The translations under genes were made by a program, and so were the position numbers. Shown piece after piece: positions 28,232-39,300 of a stretch of DNA of 64,000 nucleotides (the first letter of the stretch is position 1; the number at the start of each line of letters is the position of its first letter). The notes under the pieces were generated by a model. The model saw only the letters and a list, made by a program, of their open reading frames with translations. It ran no database searches and was not told where the DNA came from. Location: assembly GCA_963783305.1 (NCBI GenBank), contig CAWAMW010000002.1:672001-736000 (forward strand). The letters run 5' to 3'. This stretch comes from an uncultured Gemmatimonadales bacterium. GTDB lineage: Bacteria > Gemmatimonadota > Gemmatimonadetes > Longimicrobiales > RSA9.

Positions 28232-30441
28232 CAGTGGATCTCCCCCGTGAGCTCACGGACCAGCGCTTCCGCCTGGTAGATGTTGCGCAGTGCCTCCAGG
28301 ATCCCGGCGCTGTGGACGCCCACCGTCCGAGCCACGGTCTCATCGTACAGCCACTCGTTCGGCAGCGATTCGATATTCCCGTCGAACGCCGCGCCAACGA
28401 TCTCGGCGTCGCGGTTCAGCATGGGGCTGCCGCTGTTCCCGCCGGTGATGTCATCGGTGGTAACGAAGTTGAGCGGGACGTCCAGGTCGATGCGATCCCG
28501 GGCCTCCACATAGCGGTCCGGCAGCGCGAACGGCATCTCGTGATCGAAGTTGTTGGCCCGCTCGAAGATGCCGTAAAAGCTGGTTTTCGGCGGGGCGAGC
28601 GTGCCGTTGTACTCGTAGGCGGTCATGATCCCGTCGGTGATCCGCAGGGTCATGGTGGCGTCCGGCGGCAGCCGCGTGCCCTTCACGGCGAACAGGGCGC
28701 TGGCCAGCCGCTCTTCCTGCACCGTCTCGGCGGCCGTGATCTTATCCATTTCCTCGACCAGCGACGGGTAGGATTCTTCCAGGACGCGGGCGAGACGTAT
28801 CCCGAGATCGGAGTCGGCGCCCACGGCCTCCGGCCCGCCGTCGATCAGGCTCCGGCGGAAGTCGGGATCCATGATGCGGGTGGAACGAATGATCCGGTCG
28901 GCCGCCTCCAGCGCGGTCTCATTGCCCTCGAATGCCGCCTGGATGAAGGGGTCGCTCGCGGGGAGGAACGCGCGGGCGAGTCGCAGCCGAATGGCCAGCA
29001 GCCGTTTGGCCACTTCCGGGTTGGCGCCCGATGGCGCCAGCAGCTGCGCCTCCATCTCGGCAAGCTGCTCCGCGCCATACTCCTCCATCCGGTCCTCGGC
29101 CGGCTTGGCCGACTCCCGGACATAGCGCACCAGCTGCCCGGCGAGCCCGAGCTGCGGATCGCCAATGAAGCCGATGTTGTAAATCGACATCCGCTGGGCA
29201 ACCGGCACCTTGGCCGCCTGGATCGCGGCCAGCCGGTCCCACACGTCGCCGTAGCGGGCGCGGAGGTCGGCATCGCCCATCACGGCCTGCCGCAGGTCCG
29301 CCTCCCACCGGATCTTCCGCCCCACGAGGAGCGTGTCCTGGAGCCCGGTGAGCTGTCCCGAGTATGCCTTGAGCGAGTTCTCGAAGTTGGCCAGCTGTTC
29401 GCGCACCGAGCGCTCCGCGTCCGGGCCCATCTGGCCGATCCAGCGCAGCAGGTCCACGTAATCGGTCAGGTACTGGACCACGTACGGGTGCCGACGGTGC
29501 TTCTCGTACATCACCTGGGAGACGGCCAGAAGTCGGCTCGTGCTGCCCGGGTTCCCCACGATGAAGACGACATCGCCATCCTGGGCCCCATCCAGGTCCC
29601 AGCCGAAGTAGCTCTCCGGCCGGACCGGCGCTCCATCCTCCGTGTACGCGCGCAGGAATGAGACGTCGAGGGCGTAGCGCGGGTAGGTGAAATTGTCATA
29701 ATCGCCGCCGAAGGATGCGGCCTGGTGCTCGGGCGCAAAGACCAGCTTCACCGGGGCGTACCGCTGGTAACGGTAGAGGTGGAACCGTCCGCCATGGTAG
29801 AGGGATACGACCTGGCACGTGAGGCCGGTCTCGCTCTCACACGCCTCCTTGATCTCATCGGCCCGCGCCTCCTGCGCCCGCGCCTTGGCCGTGTCCGCCT
29901 GGACTGCGCGGCCGGCGGCCAGAACCGTTTCGCTGACGTCATCGACGCTCACCAGCTGATCCACGTGGAGGTCCGGACAGACCTGTTCCGCGGCGCGGTC
30001 GGGGGCGTAGAAGCCGTCCTCGAGGTAGTCCGCCTCGGCGGAAGAGAGGTCTTCGATGCACCCGCGGGCGCAGTGGTGGTTGGTCATGATCAACCCGTCC
30101 TCGGAGACGAACGAGGCCGAGCAGAAGCCGCCGAACCGGAGTGAGGCGGTCTGGACCTTCTGGAGCCACGCCTCATCCGGCGTGAACCCGTACTCGGACT
30201 CCCACCGCTCCATGGGCGGGTCCTGGAACGTGTACATTTTGCCGAGCTCCAGCCCCGTGAGTTCCGCGCGCCGGGCGGCCCGGAGCGAAGCCTCCGACGG
30301 CGCCAGCTGATCGCCGGCGGGCGCCACGGTGGTGGCGGGGCCGGGAGCGGGGGACGGGGCCGGCACCTCGGCACCGGTGGCACATGCGGCGGCGAGCAAC
30401 GTCGCCGCGAGGAAGGTCGGAATCTGGAAGCGGTTAGACAT
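28231..30441 (-). CDS. S46 family dipeptidyl-peptidase, lipoprotein
   Basis: Lipobox LAAAC; CSASFVS..GLIMTNHHC, GNPGST, PDATMTLR, DITGGNSGSP, FDGN motifs. Confidence 0.95.
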   Translation of the reverse strand: MSNRFQIPTFLAATLLAAACATGAEVPAPSPAPGPATTVAPAGDQLAPSEASLRAARRAELTGLELGKMYTFQDPPMERWESEYGFTPDEAWLQKVQTASLRFGGFCSASFVSEDGLIMTNHHCARGCIEDLSSAEADYLEDGFYAPDRAAEQVCPDLHVDQLVSVDDVSETVLAAGRAVQADTAKARAQEARADEIKEACESETGLTCQVVSLYHGGRFHLYRYQRYAPVKLVFAPEHQAASFGGDYDNFTYPRYALDVSFLRAYTEDGAPVRPESYFGWDLDGAQDGDVVFIVGNPGSTSRLLAVSQVMYEKHRRHPYVVQYLTDYVDLLRWIGQMGPDAERSVREQLANFENSLKAYSGQLTGLQDTLLVGRKIRWEADLRQAVMGDADLRARYGDVWDRLAAIQAAKVPVAQRMSIYNIGFIGDPQLGLAGQLVRYVRESAKPAEDRMEEYGAEQLAEMEAQLLAPSGANPEVAKRLLAIRLRLARAFLPASDPFIQAAFEGNETALEAADRIIRSTRIMDPDFRRSLIDGGPEAVGADSDLGIRLARVLEESYPSLVEEMDKITAAETVQEERLASALFAVKGTRLPPDATMTLRITDGIMTAYEYNGTLAPPKTSFYGIFERANNFDHEMPFALPDRYVEARDRIDLDVPLNFVTTDDITGGNSGSPMLNRDAEIVGAAFDGNIESLPNEWLYDETVARTVGVHSAGILEALRNIYQAEALVRELTGEIH

Positions 30442-30530
30442 ATCGCGTCTCTTGTCCAATTCGGGTATCGAACCAGCCAGCCCGATGGATGTAGCGGACG
30501 CGACGTCCGCCTGCAAGAACGGCTGGCGGC

Positions 30531-31550
30531 TCAGCCAGGGCTTCCGGGGAGGACGGCGCTCAGCGTGTGCCAGTAGAGGTGTACGCCGCCCGTGTGCGCC
30601 TCGAGGCGATCCAGGAATCCGGCCGCCGTCTTGGCGGTATAGGTCGGGTCGAGGACCAGGCCGCGCGGCTCGAACCACGCAGCGGCCCGCTCCCCCCACT
30701 GGGTGGGCTCACCATACCCGGCGCCCAGCCATTCACCCACGAGCGCCACGCGCTCCAGGACGAGCCGCGGGTCGGGCGCCGATGCCCCCGCCTCTGTCAG
30801 GAGCCGAACCGCCCCCTCCACCAGCCGTCCCAGCACCACCTTGTTCCCCACCGCCGATGGGACGATCCGGATCCCGATGATCCGGTCGGTCAGGTTCGTC
30901 ATGGCGGCCCCTATGGCGATCCCGGCGAGCGTCCCCAGGGTACCCGCGGCGACGGTAATGCTGTCAGGGCGCGGCAGCTCCCCCCGGTCCACCTGCTCCG
31001 CCAGCTCAAGCGCGCCAGCGACGTAGCCGAGGGCGCCCAGGGCGTTCGAGCCGCCGCCCGGTATCACGTACGGCCGCTCCCTGCGGTGGCGCCAGCGGGC
31101 GGCGGCCTCGGCGAAGGGCTGGGTAGCGAAGGAGCCACAGTGCCGAACCTCGTCCGCCCACGCCTCGTTCAGTGCAGCGATCTTCCGTGAGTGCGCCGTC
31201 TCTGGCTGGGGGAACACCACCAGAGTCACCGGCATACCCATGCGTTTGCCGTGCACCGCCGTGGCGAGGCAGTGGTGCGACCCCACCACCCCGGTGGTGA
31301 TGACCCGGCCGCACTCGCGGGCCCGGGCATCGGCCAGCAGGTGCTCGAGCTTCCGCACCTTGTTTCCGGCGTAGCTCGAGCTGGAGAGGTCATCGCGCTT
31401 GACCCACAGCTCGCCCTCGAAACCCTCCGGCGGGTCATCCACGCGGGTGACCGGCGTCGGCCACGCGCCCAGCGGTGTCCACGGGATGCGGCCCCGCAGG
31501 TCGGGATGCCGGCGGAACAGTGGGCTCTCGTCACTCACGGGTGCGGTCAC
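30531..31550 (-). CDS. PLP-dependent D-cysteine desulfhydrase / ACC deaminase family enzyme
   Basis: PTPV, WVKRDD, GNKVRKLE, SHH, PGGGSN, GTLGT, LDPTYTAK, YWHT motifs. Confidence 0.88.
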   Translation of the reverse strand: MTAPVSDESPLFRRHPDLRGRIPWTPLGAWPTPVTRVDDPPEGFEGELWVKRDDLSSSSYAGNKVRKLEHLLADARARECGRVITTGVVGSHHCLATAVHGKRMGMPVTLVVFPQPETAHSRKIAALNEAWADEVRHCGSFATQPFAEAAARWRHRRERPYVIPGGGSNALGALGYVAGALELAEQVDRGELPRPDSITVAAGTLGTLAGIAIGAAMTNLTDRIIGIRIVPSAVGNKVVLGRLVEGAVRLLTEAGASAPDPRLVLERVALVGEWLGAGYGEPTQWGERAAAWFEPRGLVLDPTYTAKTAAGFLDRLEAHTGGVHLYWHTLSAVLPGSPG

Positions 31551-32365
31551 TGCTCGTCGCCGGACTCATCGCGGGCTCCGTCACCACCCTGCCGCTCCAA
31601 CTGCTTCCAGCTGCGGGCGGCGATGGCGCGTAGCAGCTCGGCCTCTCGCTCATCCACCCCCGCCCTCCGGACAATAGCCCGCAGCGTACGCAGCGCGACC
31701 TCCGGATTCTTGCCGCCGCGATAGAAATCGATCGCCCGCAGGTGGCGGTCGATATGTTCGAAGACGTCTTCGAGATGGGCGGTGGTGGCGGGCGGCGCGT
31801 CGCGCCGGGGCCGGGGAAGCGGCTTTTCGCTCCCCGGCCCAACGAGCCAGAGCTCATAGCAGACCAGGAGCGCCGCCTGGGCCAGGTTCAACGACGGCCG
31901 CTCCGGGTCGGTGGGCACGGTCCAGATCCGATCGCAGCGGTCGAGCTGCTCGTTGGTGAGCCCGATATCCTCGCGGCCGAACACGATGACCACAGGGCCG
32001 TGCTCCTCACGGGCCAGAGCAAAGATCTCCTCCACTCCGTCTCTCGGGTGCTCCCACTGGTGGCGCATGGCGCGTCGGCGCGCCGTCGTGCCCACCACCT
32101 CCACGGCGTCGGCGGTGGCCTCCTCCAGTGTGTCAAAGAACTCGGTCCGCTCCCGCACGATCTCGGAGCCGTGGGCGATGCCTTCGATCCTGTATTCGTC
32201 CCACTCCACCGGATTGACCACCCGCAGACGCCGCAATCCTGTGTTCATCATGGCCCGGATCGTCCCGGCCAGGTTCACGCGGTCCTGGGTCTCGTTCAGG
32301 ACGATGACGATGTTCTCGGCCAGCAGCTCGCGCGCGTTCATGGGTGCGTGTGGTTGAAGGGACAT
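31547..32365 (-). CDS. trmJ: tRNA/rRNA 2'-O-methyltransferase, TrmJ/SpoU family
   Basis: VVGTTAR, IVFGREDIGLTNEQL, SLNLAQA, CYEL motifs. Confidence 0.9.
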   Translation of the reverse strand: MSLQPHAPMNARELLAENIVIVLNETQDRVNLAGTIRAMMNTGLRRLRVVNPVEWDEYRIEGIAHGSEIVRERTEFFDTLEEATADAVEVVGTTARRRAMRHQWEHPRDGVEEIFALAREEHGPVVIVFGREDIGLTNEQLDRCDRIWTVPTDPERPSLNLAQAALLVCYELWLVGPGSEKPLPRPRRDAPPATTAHLEDVFEHIDRHLRAIDFYRGGKNPEVALRTLRAIVRRAGVDEREAELLRAIAARSWKQLERQGGDGARDESGDEQ

Positions 32366-32505
32366 GATTCACACGAAGACACGGAGGATACCATCGCCGC
32401 CGGAGCAGGCTGTCGCCACCGGTAGCAAGAGAACGTCCCGGTGAAGCAGCGCCTCCACCAGGACGGACCAGACATTCCTCTACCTTCTGTGTGGTCTCGC
32501 TCCCG

Positions 32506-33774
32506 CTACTCCTCCACCGCCACCCCCAGAAGCTCCCTTTCGGTGGCGGGCTGCCAGACCTGGAGCATGGGGAACCGCGAGCCGAACCAGGCCAGTGCTC
32601 CGATCAGGAGTCCGAGCATGGCGAGACCGATCCCCACTTCGGTGAGACCGAAGACGACGGCCTCCACGTCCGGATACAGCGTGGGGTAGATCAGCATGTA
32701 TCGCTCCAGCCACAGCCCGAGCAGGCTCAGGCCGGCGATGGTGCCCATGACGCCAGGCGCCTTTTTCGGCTTCACGCCCAGGAGCCCGAAGAACGGGATC
32801 ACGAACAGCGTGAACAGCACCAGAACGGACAGGAGACGGTAGGGCGGCTCGAGCCGGTGGACGAGGAAGATCTGCTCGTGGGGCAGGTTGCCGTACCAGA
32901 TCACGATATACTGCGACCAGAACAGGTAGGCCCAGAAGACGCTGAAGGCGAAGAACAGCTTGCCGAGGTCGTGGAGGTTGTTCCCTGCCATGTACTCGTG
33001 CAGAGACAGTCGCCGCCGGTACAGGAGCGTCAGGACGGCCGTGGCCGCGATGCCTCCGAGGAACGCCGCCATGAATACGTACGGGCCGATGAGCATGCTG
33101 AGCCAGTGGGGGTCCAGCGACATTACGAAGTCGATACCCACCAGCCCGAACGCCACCGCGTAGGTGATGGCGAGGGCCGGGGCGAACACGGTCATGCGAC
33201 GATGCGCGCGCTCTTCCTCCTGCTCCTGACCACGCCAGTCCCGGGTCAGAAGCTCGAAGCCGGTCCAGCCGCGGTCCTTCGCGAGCCGGGCGTCCGGGCG
33301 GATCTGCCAGTACGCGAACAGTCCCGACAGGACCAGAAGCGTGGCCAGCCCCAGGATATGCCGGGTCGCCAGGAACGGCATGTTCAGGTACGCCGCCTTG
33401 CCGCCGATGTCCTCGTGCAGCCACGGGAAGATGTACCCGGCGCCCCAGATGAGGATCGGCGGAAACAGGATGACGTAGGCAATGGGCAGGAACGCCACGA
33501 ACGACAGGGCGACGCGGCGGATGGGCCGTGACCAGACGCCGCGGGTCAGGCTCACGATAGCCGCAAGCAGCACGGCTCCCTGGGCGATCCCGGCGAAGTA
33601 GATCCAGTTGTAGGTGTACGCCATCCAGGCCCGCTGGGGGTCGGCCATCAGTCCGAGGACCCACAGAAGGGCGCCAACGCCCAGCAGCAGGGCCGCCACG
33701 ATCATGACGCCACGGGGCAGGCCGTCCAGGCGACGGACCGGGTATTCCTTGAGCTCGCCGATATCGTGCGACAT
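32506..33774 (-). CDS. actF: Alternative complex III membrane subunit ActF
   Basis: About 10 TM; AYLNMPF, DFVMSLDPHWLS, HDLGKLFFAF..FWAYLFWSQYIVIWYGNLP; last gene of the act operon. Confidence 0.9.
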   Translation of the reverse strand: MSHDIGELKEYPVRRLDGLPRGVMIVAALLLGVGALLWVLGLMADPQRAWMAYTYNWIYFAGIAQGAVLLAAIVSLTRGVWSRPIRRVALSFVAFLPIAYVILFPPILIWGAGYIFPWLHEDIGGKAAYLNMPFLATRHILGLATLLVLSGLFAYWQIRPDARLAKDRGWTGFELLTRDWRGQEQEEERAHRRMTVFAPALAITYAVAFGLVGIDFVMSLDPHWLSMLIGPYVFMAAFLGGIAATAVLTLLYRRRLSLHEYMAGNNLHDLGKLFFAFSVFWAYLFWSQYIVIWYGNLPHEQIFLVHRLEPPYRLLSVLVLFTLFVIPFFGLLGVKPKKAPGVMGTIAGLSLLGLWLERYMLIYPTLYPDVEAVVFGLTEVGIGLAMLGLLIGALAWFGSRFPMLQVWQPATERELLGVAVEE

Positions 33775-33775
33775 G

Positions 33776-34396
33776 CTATTCCTGCCCCGCCGTGTTGAAC
33801 TGGTCCAGTCGCGGCTGCACCAGGCCCGGGAGCGCGACGCTCATCGGCTCGCCACCGCCCTGGAGGTACCGCACGTAGTTGACGATGGCCCACCGCTCTG
33901 CGGTCGGGATCCGACGGTAGCTCGGCATGAGGCCGCGACCCACGCGGATGATCGCGTAGATGTAGCCATCACTCCGAGCCTGCGTGGTCGGCAGCAGGAG
34001 GTTCGTGGCGAACGGCAGCTTGCCGGCGCCCACGATCGGGCCGTTGCCTTCCGCTGTCGGCCCGTGGCAGACCGCGCAGTAGGTCTGGAAACCGTGCGCG
34101 CCGGCGGTGATCGTGGCCTCGTTCGCAGCGAGCGGGTTCGTGAGCGTATCCCCCCACGCGCGCAGCCCCGCCTCCGACTTTTCCACCTCCGGCTCCCACT
34201 CCCAGCCCGGGGCGTCGAGTGGCACGGACAGCGGCGGCGCTTCCCGGGGCGCCTCGTACGGATCGAAGAACGGCGCCTCGTGCATGAAGTTCAGCATTTT
34301 CACACTCGCCATGGCCCGCTCGATCTTCGTGCAGCCGCCCAGCACACCCGTGGCCAGCGCGATCGCCAGCAGGGCGGTCCCGCGACGGGCGCTCAC
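33776..34396 (-). CDS. actE: Alternative complex III monoheme cytochrome c lipoprotein ActE
   Basis: GTG at 34396 overlaps the actD stop; lipobox LGGC, CAVCH heme motif, GLMPSY, RWAIVNYVR. Confidence 0.9.
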   Translation of the reverse strand: MSARRGTALLAIALATGVLGGCTKIERAMASVKMLNFMHEAPFFDPYEAPREAPPLSVPLDAPGWEWEPEVEKSEAGLRAWGDTLTNPLAANEATITAGAHGFQTYCAVCHGPTAEGNGPIVGAGKLPFATNLLLPTTQARSDGYIYAIIRVGRGLMPSYRRIPTAERWAIVNYVRYLQGGGEPMSVALPGLVQPRLDQFNTAGQE

Positions 34397-34914
34397 GGCT
34401 GCCTCCCTTCGTCCCACGCCTGTACCTCCACCGCGCCCGCACCCTCCAGGATTCTGCGCGCGTCGCCGCCCTTCCCTGATGGCGCGTCCACGAGCACACC
34501 GAAATTGCCCGCCGAGAACGACGGGTCGTACGCCAGGTCCCTGCCCGGAGGGCCGAGGCGAGCGTTGATGAAGAGTCCCAGCACCGTCGACAGGGCGCCG
34601 AACAGGATCGTCATCTCGAACGCGATCACCACGAAGGCCGGCAGCGCGATGATCGGCTTCCCGCCCGTGATCAGCGGCCAGTCCAGCGATGTCCAGATGG
34701 CCAGGGCGAAGCCGGTGGCCGCACCCGTGAGGCCGCCCACCAGCGTAAACAGCCGCACCGGGCTCTGCGGCCGGTGGAGCGCGTGCTCCAGATCGTGCTG
34801 CGGCAGCGGAGAGTACGACTCCAGGTCGGTCATGCCCGCCGCCCTCAGACCTTCGATGGCCTCGACCGCGGCGTCCACCTCGTGGAACACCCCGAGATAC
34901 CGTCCCCCGCTCAT
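34393..34914 (-). CDS. actD: Alternative complex III subunit ActD (DUF3341)
   Basis: YSPLP, 2 TM, DWPLITGGKP, AFEMTILF motifs; ATGA-coupled to actC. Confidence 0.9.
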   Translation of the reverse strand: MSGGRYLGVFHEVDAAVEAIEGLRAAGMTDLESYSPLPQHDLEHALHRPQSPVRLFTLVGGLTGAATGFALAIWTSLDWPLITGGKPIIALPAFVVIAFEMTILFGALSTVLGLFINARLGPPGRDLAYDPSFSAGNFGVLVDAPSGKGGDARRILEGAGAVEVQAWDEGRQP

Positions 34915-36347
34915 CGTCCCTCCTCCCCGGCGCCACTCTCGTCGGGGTTCGGCTCCTGACGCTCCAGGTACTCGCGCCCTTGGCCCGTCGCTCCCCGAAG
35001 CCCGCGGCGCGGCGTGGGCAGGACCTCCTTCAGCTCCGCCACCGAGACCGCCGGCAACACACGCATGAAGAGCAGGAACCACATGAAGAACCAGCCGAAG
35101 CTCCCCACCATGATCCCCATCTCGACCCAGCTCGGCTTGTACACGTTCCACTGCCACGGCTCGTACTCGTGGCTCAGGCTGGTGACGATGATCACGAACC
35201 GCTCGAACCACATCCCGATGTTGATGAAGATCGTAATGGTGAACAGCGCCGGGATATTGGTTCGGACCTTCTTCGACCAGAGCAGCAGCGGGATCACGCT
35301 GTTGCACGCCAGCATGATGGCCGCCGCCCACCAGTACCGTCCGCTGAGGCCGGCCACGATGTACTGCCCCTCCGCGTGGGCCGGCTCGTGGCTGTACCAG
35401 ACCAGGAAGACCTCGGTGATGTAGGCGTACGTCACGATCATGCCCGTGAGCAGGATCAGCTTCGACATGGCGTCGAAGTGCTTGGGCGTGAAGTAAGCCT
35501 CGAGGCCGAAGATCTTCCGGATCGGGACCAGCAGCGTGATCACCATGGCGATCCCGCTGAAGATGGCCCCGGCGACGAAGTAGGGTGCGAAGATCGTGGA
35601 GTGCCAGCCGGGCACGATGCTCATGGCGAAGTCCCATGACACGACCGAGTGCACCGAGAGCACCAGCGGAGTGGCGAGGGCGGCCAGGTAGAGGTACGCG
35701 CGGTTGAAGTGCAGCCACTGCCGGCCGCTCCCCTTCCACCCGAAGCTCAGGACCGTGTAGAGCTTCTTCCGCCACGGCACCGTCGTCGAGTCACGGGCCG
35801 CCGCGATGTCGGGGATCATCCCGATCACGAAGAACGTGGCGCTGACGATCAGGTACGTGCTGATGGCGAACACGTCCCAGACCAGCGGCGACTTGAAGTT
35901 GGGCCAGAGCATCCGCTGGTTCGGGTACGGCATGAGCCAGTAGAAGATGAACGGCCGCCCCAGGTGGATGATGGGGAAGAGCCCCGCCGTCATCACGGCG
36001 AAGACGGTCATGGCCTCCGCGGCGCGATAGATGGACTGGCGCCAGCGCGCGCGGAACAGGAAGAGGATCGCCGAGATCAGCGTCCCGGAGTGGGCGATAC
36101 CCACCCAGAAGACGAAGGTGGTGATGTAGACGCCCCAGGAGATCGGGTTCATCAGACCCGTCATCCCGATCCCGAGATACAGCTGGGTGAAGAAGCTGAA
36201 CGCCAGCAGCCCCACGCCCGACACGGCGATCGCCAGCAGGATCCAGTAGCCCTTCCCGGGCTTGCTCAGGAGCTTCAGGACGTCCGTATTGACGTCCGAA
36301 TAGCTGGGAACGTTCGGGTGCGTCTCCGACCGGATCACTGGGGCCAT
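34911..36347 (-). CDS. actC: Alternative complex III NrfD-family quinol-binding subunit ActC
   Basis: FVFWVGIAHSGTLISAIL, RAAEAMT, HLGRP, SPLVWDVFA, SVHSVVSWDFA, GMWFERF motifs. Confidence 0.96.
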   Translation of the reverse strand: MAPVIRSETHPNVPSYSDVNTDVLKLLSKPGKGYWILLAIAVSGVGLLAFSFFTQLYLGIGMTGLMNPISWGVYITTFVFWVGIAHSGTLISAILFLFRARWRQSIYRAAEAMTVFAVMTAGLFPIIHLGRPFIFYWLMPYPNQRMLWPNFKSPLVWDVFAISTYLIVSATFFVIGMIPDIAAARDSTTVPWRKKLYTVLSFGWKGSGRQWLHFNRAYLYLAALATPLVLSVHSVVSWDFAMSIVPGWHSTIFAPYFVAGAIFSGIAMVITLLVPIRKIFGLEAYFTPKHFDAMSKLILLTGMIVTYAYITEVFLVWYSHEPAHAEGQYIVAGLSGRYWWAAAIMLACNSVIPLLLWSKKVRTNIPALFTITIFINIGMWFERFVIIVTSLSHEYEPWQWNVYKPSWVEMGIMVGSFGWFFMWFLLFMRVLPAVSVAELKEVLPTPRRGLRGATGQGREYLERQEPNPDESGAGEEGR

Positions 36348-39300
36348 CAGTGCGCCGCCCCTTCCGCCTCGTCCGTCGAGACCTTCTTCAGGTACACCAC
36401 CGCAGACTGGGTATTAAGCTCCTCGAACACCCGGAAGCCTCGACTCGATTCCACCACCTGTGCCACTCTCGAATTCGGGTCCTCGATGTTGCCAAAGACG
36501 ATGGCGTTGCCGGGGCAGGTCTCGGCGCACGCCGGCCGGATCTCTCCGTCACCCACGGCGCGTCCCTCCACCCGCGCCTGGTGCTGGGCGCCGCGGATCC
36601 GCTGCACGCAGAACGTGCACTTCTCCATGATGCCCTTGCTCCGAACCGCGACCTCGGGGTTCAGCTGCCAGTTGAGCGGCTCCGGCCACTCGTAGGTGAA
36701 GTAGTTGAAGTACCGCACCTTGTACGGGCAGTTGTTCGCGCAGTACCGCGTGCCGACGCAGCGGTTGTAGACCTGACCGTTCAGCCCGTCCGGCGTGTGG
36801 TAGGAGGCATACACCGGGCAGACCGGCTCGCACGGCGCGTTCCCGCACTGCTGACACATCATCGGGAGGAAGGTGGTCTTCCGGTGCGTGGCGCCACCGT
36901 CCATCTCGTGGACGGCCGCCTCATCCTCTTCCTCGAAATAGCGCTCGATCCGCATCCACTGGATCATGCGACCCTGGGCCACCAGCTCCGGCCCCACCAT
37001 CCCGATGTTGTTCTCGGCCTGACACGCGGTCTGACATGCGCTGCAGCCAATGCACCGCTCCAGGTCCACCGCCATGCTCCAGCGCGGCTGGACCTCACTG
37101 TACTCCCCGTAATGCGTTCCCGGGGGCGGGTAGTCCGCGGGGCCTCCCTGCACGCGCAGCGGCGCGAAGCCACCGGCGCCCTGAAGGCTCGGGATCACCG
37201 TCTCGGTGGGGTGGACCGTCGGGCCGTGCCCGATTTCCTCGTGGGGCAGCTGCCCCATGAGACCACCCTCCGGCGTCGGACCGGGCTCAGCGCCGCCGAC
37301 CGGCACCTGCCCGGCGACGATCCCGCCGGCCACGGTGTCGTACTTCCGAGCCTCCTCCAGCGACACCGTCTCCAGCAGGTGTCTCCCGCTCACGTCGTAC
37401 TGGTCGGACGAGAACGGCTGCCGCTCCCAGCGGCCCGTCGGCGTGACATCCGCCGTGGTCTGGATCCACACCAGCCCACCGGACTCCTCGTCGACCTGGG
37501 GTGCGAGGAGGCGGATGGCGTTCACGCCCCTGCCCTGGGCATAGCGGCCCATGCGCTCGTGCCCCTGGCCGAGCTGGATGGCGATCGTGTCCTGGCGCAC
37601 CCCCGGGTGCAGCCAGACGGGCAGCTCCACGGAGCCGTAGGGAGTCGAGACCTCCACGATGTGCCCGTTGTCCAGGCCGTACTCCTCGGCCGTGCGCGGG
37701 TTCATTTCCAGGACCGAGCCCCACGTATGCTTCGTGACGGGATCAGGGAGCTCCTGCAGCCACGGCCGGTTGGCCAGCCGTCCGTCGTAGAAGCGGTAGG
37801 ATGGGTAGACGACCAGCGCGAACTCGCCTTCGCCGCCGAGCGTCGGGACGTCCAGCGAAAGCTCGCCGGCACCCGCCCCGGCCCCCAGCGTCTGGGGCTG
37901 GCTGTACTCGTCCGTGACGATGACGCCGTTCCGCAGCGCGCGCGTCCACCACTCATCGAAGCTCCCCGCACCGCCCGCGGTGCCCTGGAGCTCCTGCCAC
38001 TGCTCGCGCAGGTAGTCGTAGAAGGTCGTGGCCCGTGTCGGGAGCGCTGCGTTGACCCGGCGCGCGACGCTCAGCAGCACGTCCCCCGTCTGCTTCGTGT
38101 CGAAGACGGGGGTCATCACCGGCTGGATCAGCGAGTGGACGCCCGGGCGCGGCTCATAGTCGCCCCACGACTCCAGGAAGTGGTGGTCCGGGAGGAGGAG
38201 GTGCGCCTGAGCCGACGTCTCATCCAGCCAGGGCGAGAACGATGCGACGAAGGGCACGCGGGCCAGCGCCGCGGCCACACGCTCGTGATCGGGGAGGTCG
38301 TAGAGCGGGTTCGGTCCATGGACCAGCAGCGCCGCGACGCGTCCGCCCTCCATCTCCTCCAGGAGCGCGAGCATCTCACGGTAGCCGGCGACCTCCGGCT
38401 CGTCCTGGCCCAGGCGGACCGTCGTGCCCAGGTTCCCTGCGGCCTCGTTCAGCGCAGCCACCGCCGTGGCCAGGGTGGTCGCTGCGGCCGATGTGGTCTG
38501 TACGCCGGGGCCCACCGCCAGCGACGGGCGGCTCGCGAAGGCGTGGGCGGCCAGCCGGAGCTGGTCGATGTCCACACCAGCCGTCTCGGCGAACGCGTCC
38601 GGGTCGACAGTGCCGATCATGGCCGCGGCCGCGCCACCGCCACCGCCACCGTTCTCATCGAGCACCAGGCGCGCCAGCGCGAGCGCCACCAGGTGCTCGG
38701 TGCCAGGGCGCGGCGCGATCCACTGATCCGCGTTCAGGTCGGTCAGCGACTGGTGCGGCGTCACGGCGATGAACTCGCCGCGCTTGCCAGCCCTGTACGC
38801 GTGCCCTTCCACATAGCCGTGGGAGTAGTCCACGGGCGAGAGCCACGTCTCCATGAAGTCGGCGCCGAACGACACCACGACCTCGGCCTGCTCAAAATCG
38901 TAGATCGGCAGCGCGGCGCGGCCGTACAGGCGACGATGGGCTTCCCGGATCGGCGCGTGGCCGAAGGATTCGTAGCGGACGCGGCGGGCGCCCACCGCCC
39001 GGGACCATTCGTCCAGCAGTCGGTCCATCGAGCCGGGTTCCGGGCGCGACAGCACGACGGTGCGGCCCCGGGCCCGCTGCAGCGCCTCCGCCAGCGACTG
39101 CTCCGCCCGGTCCCAGCTCACCTTCGACCAGCTGTCGCCGGAGGGGACCATGGCCTGCGGGATCCGGTCCGGGTCGTAGAGCCCGTGCAGCGATGCCTGC
39201 CCGCGCGCGCACAGCTTCCCGTGCGAGATCGGAGAGGCGGGGCTGCCCTCGGCCTTGATGGCGCGACCCTCGCGCGTCTCCAGCGTCATTCCGCACCCGG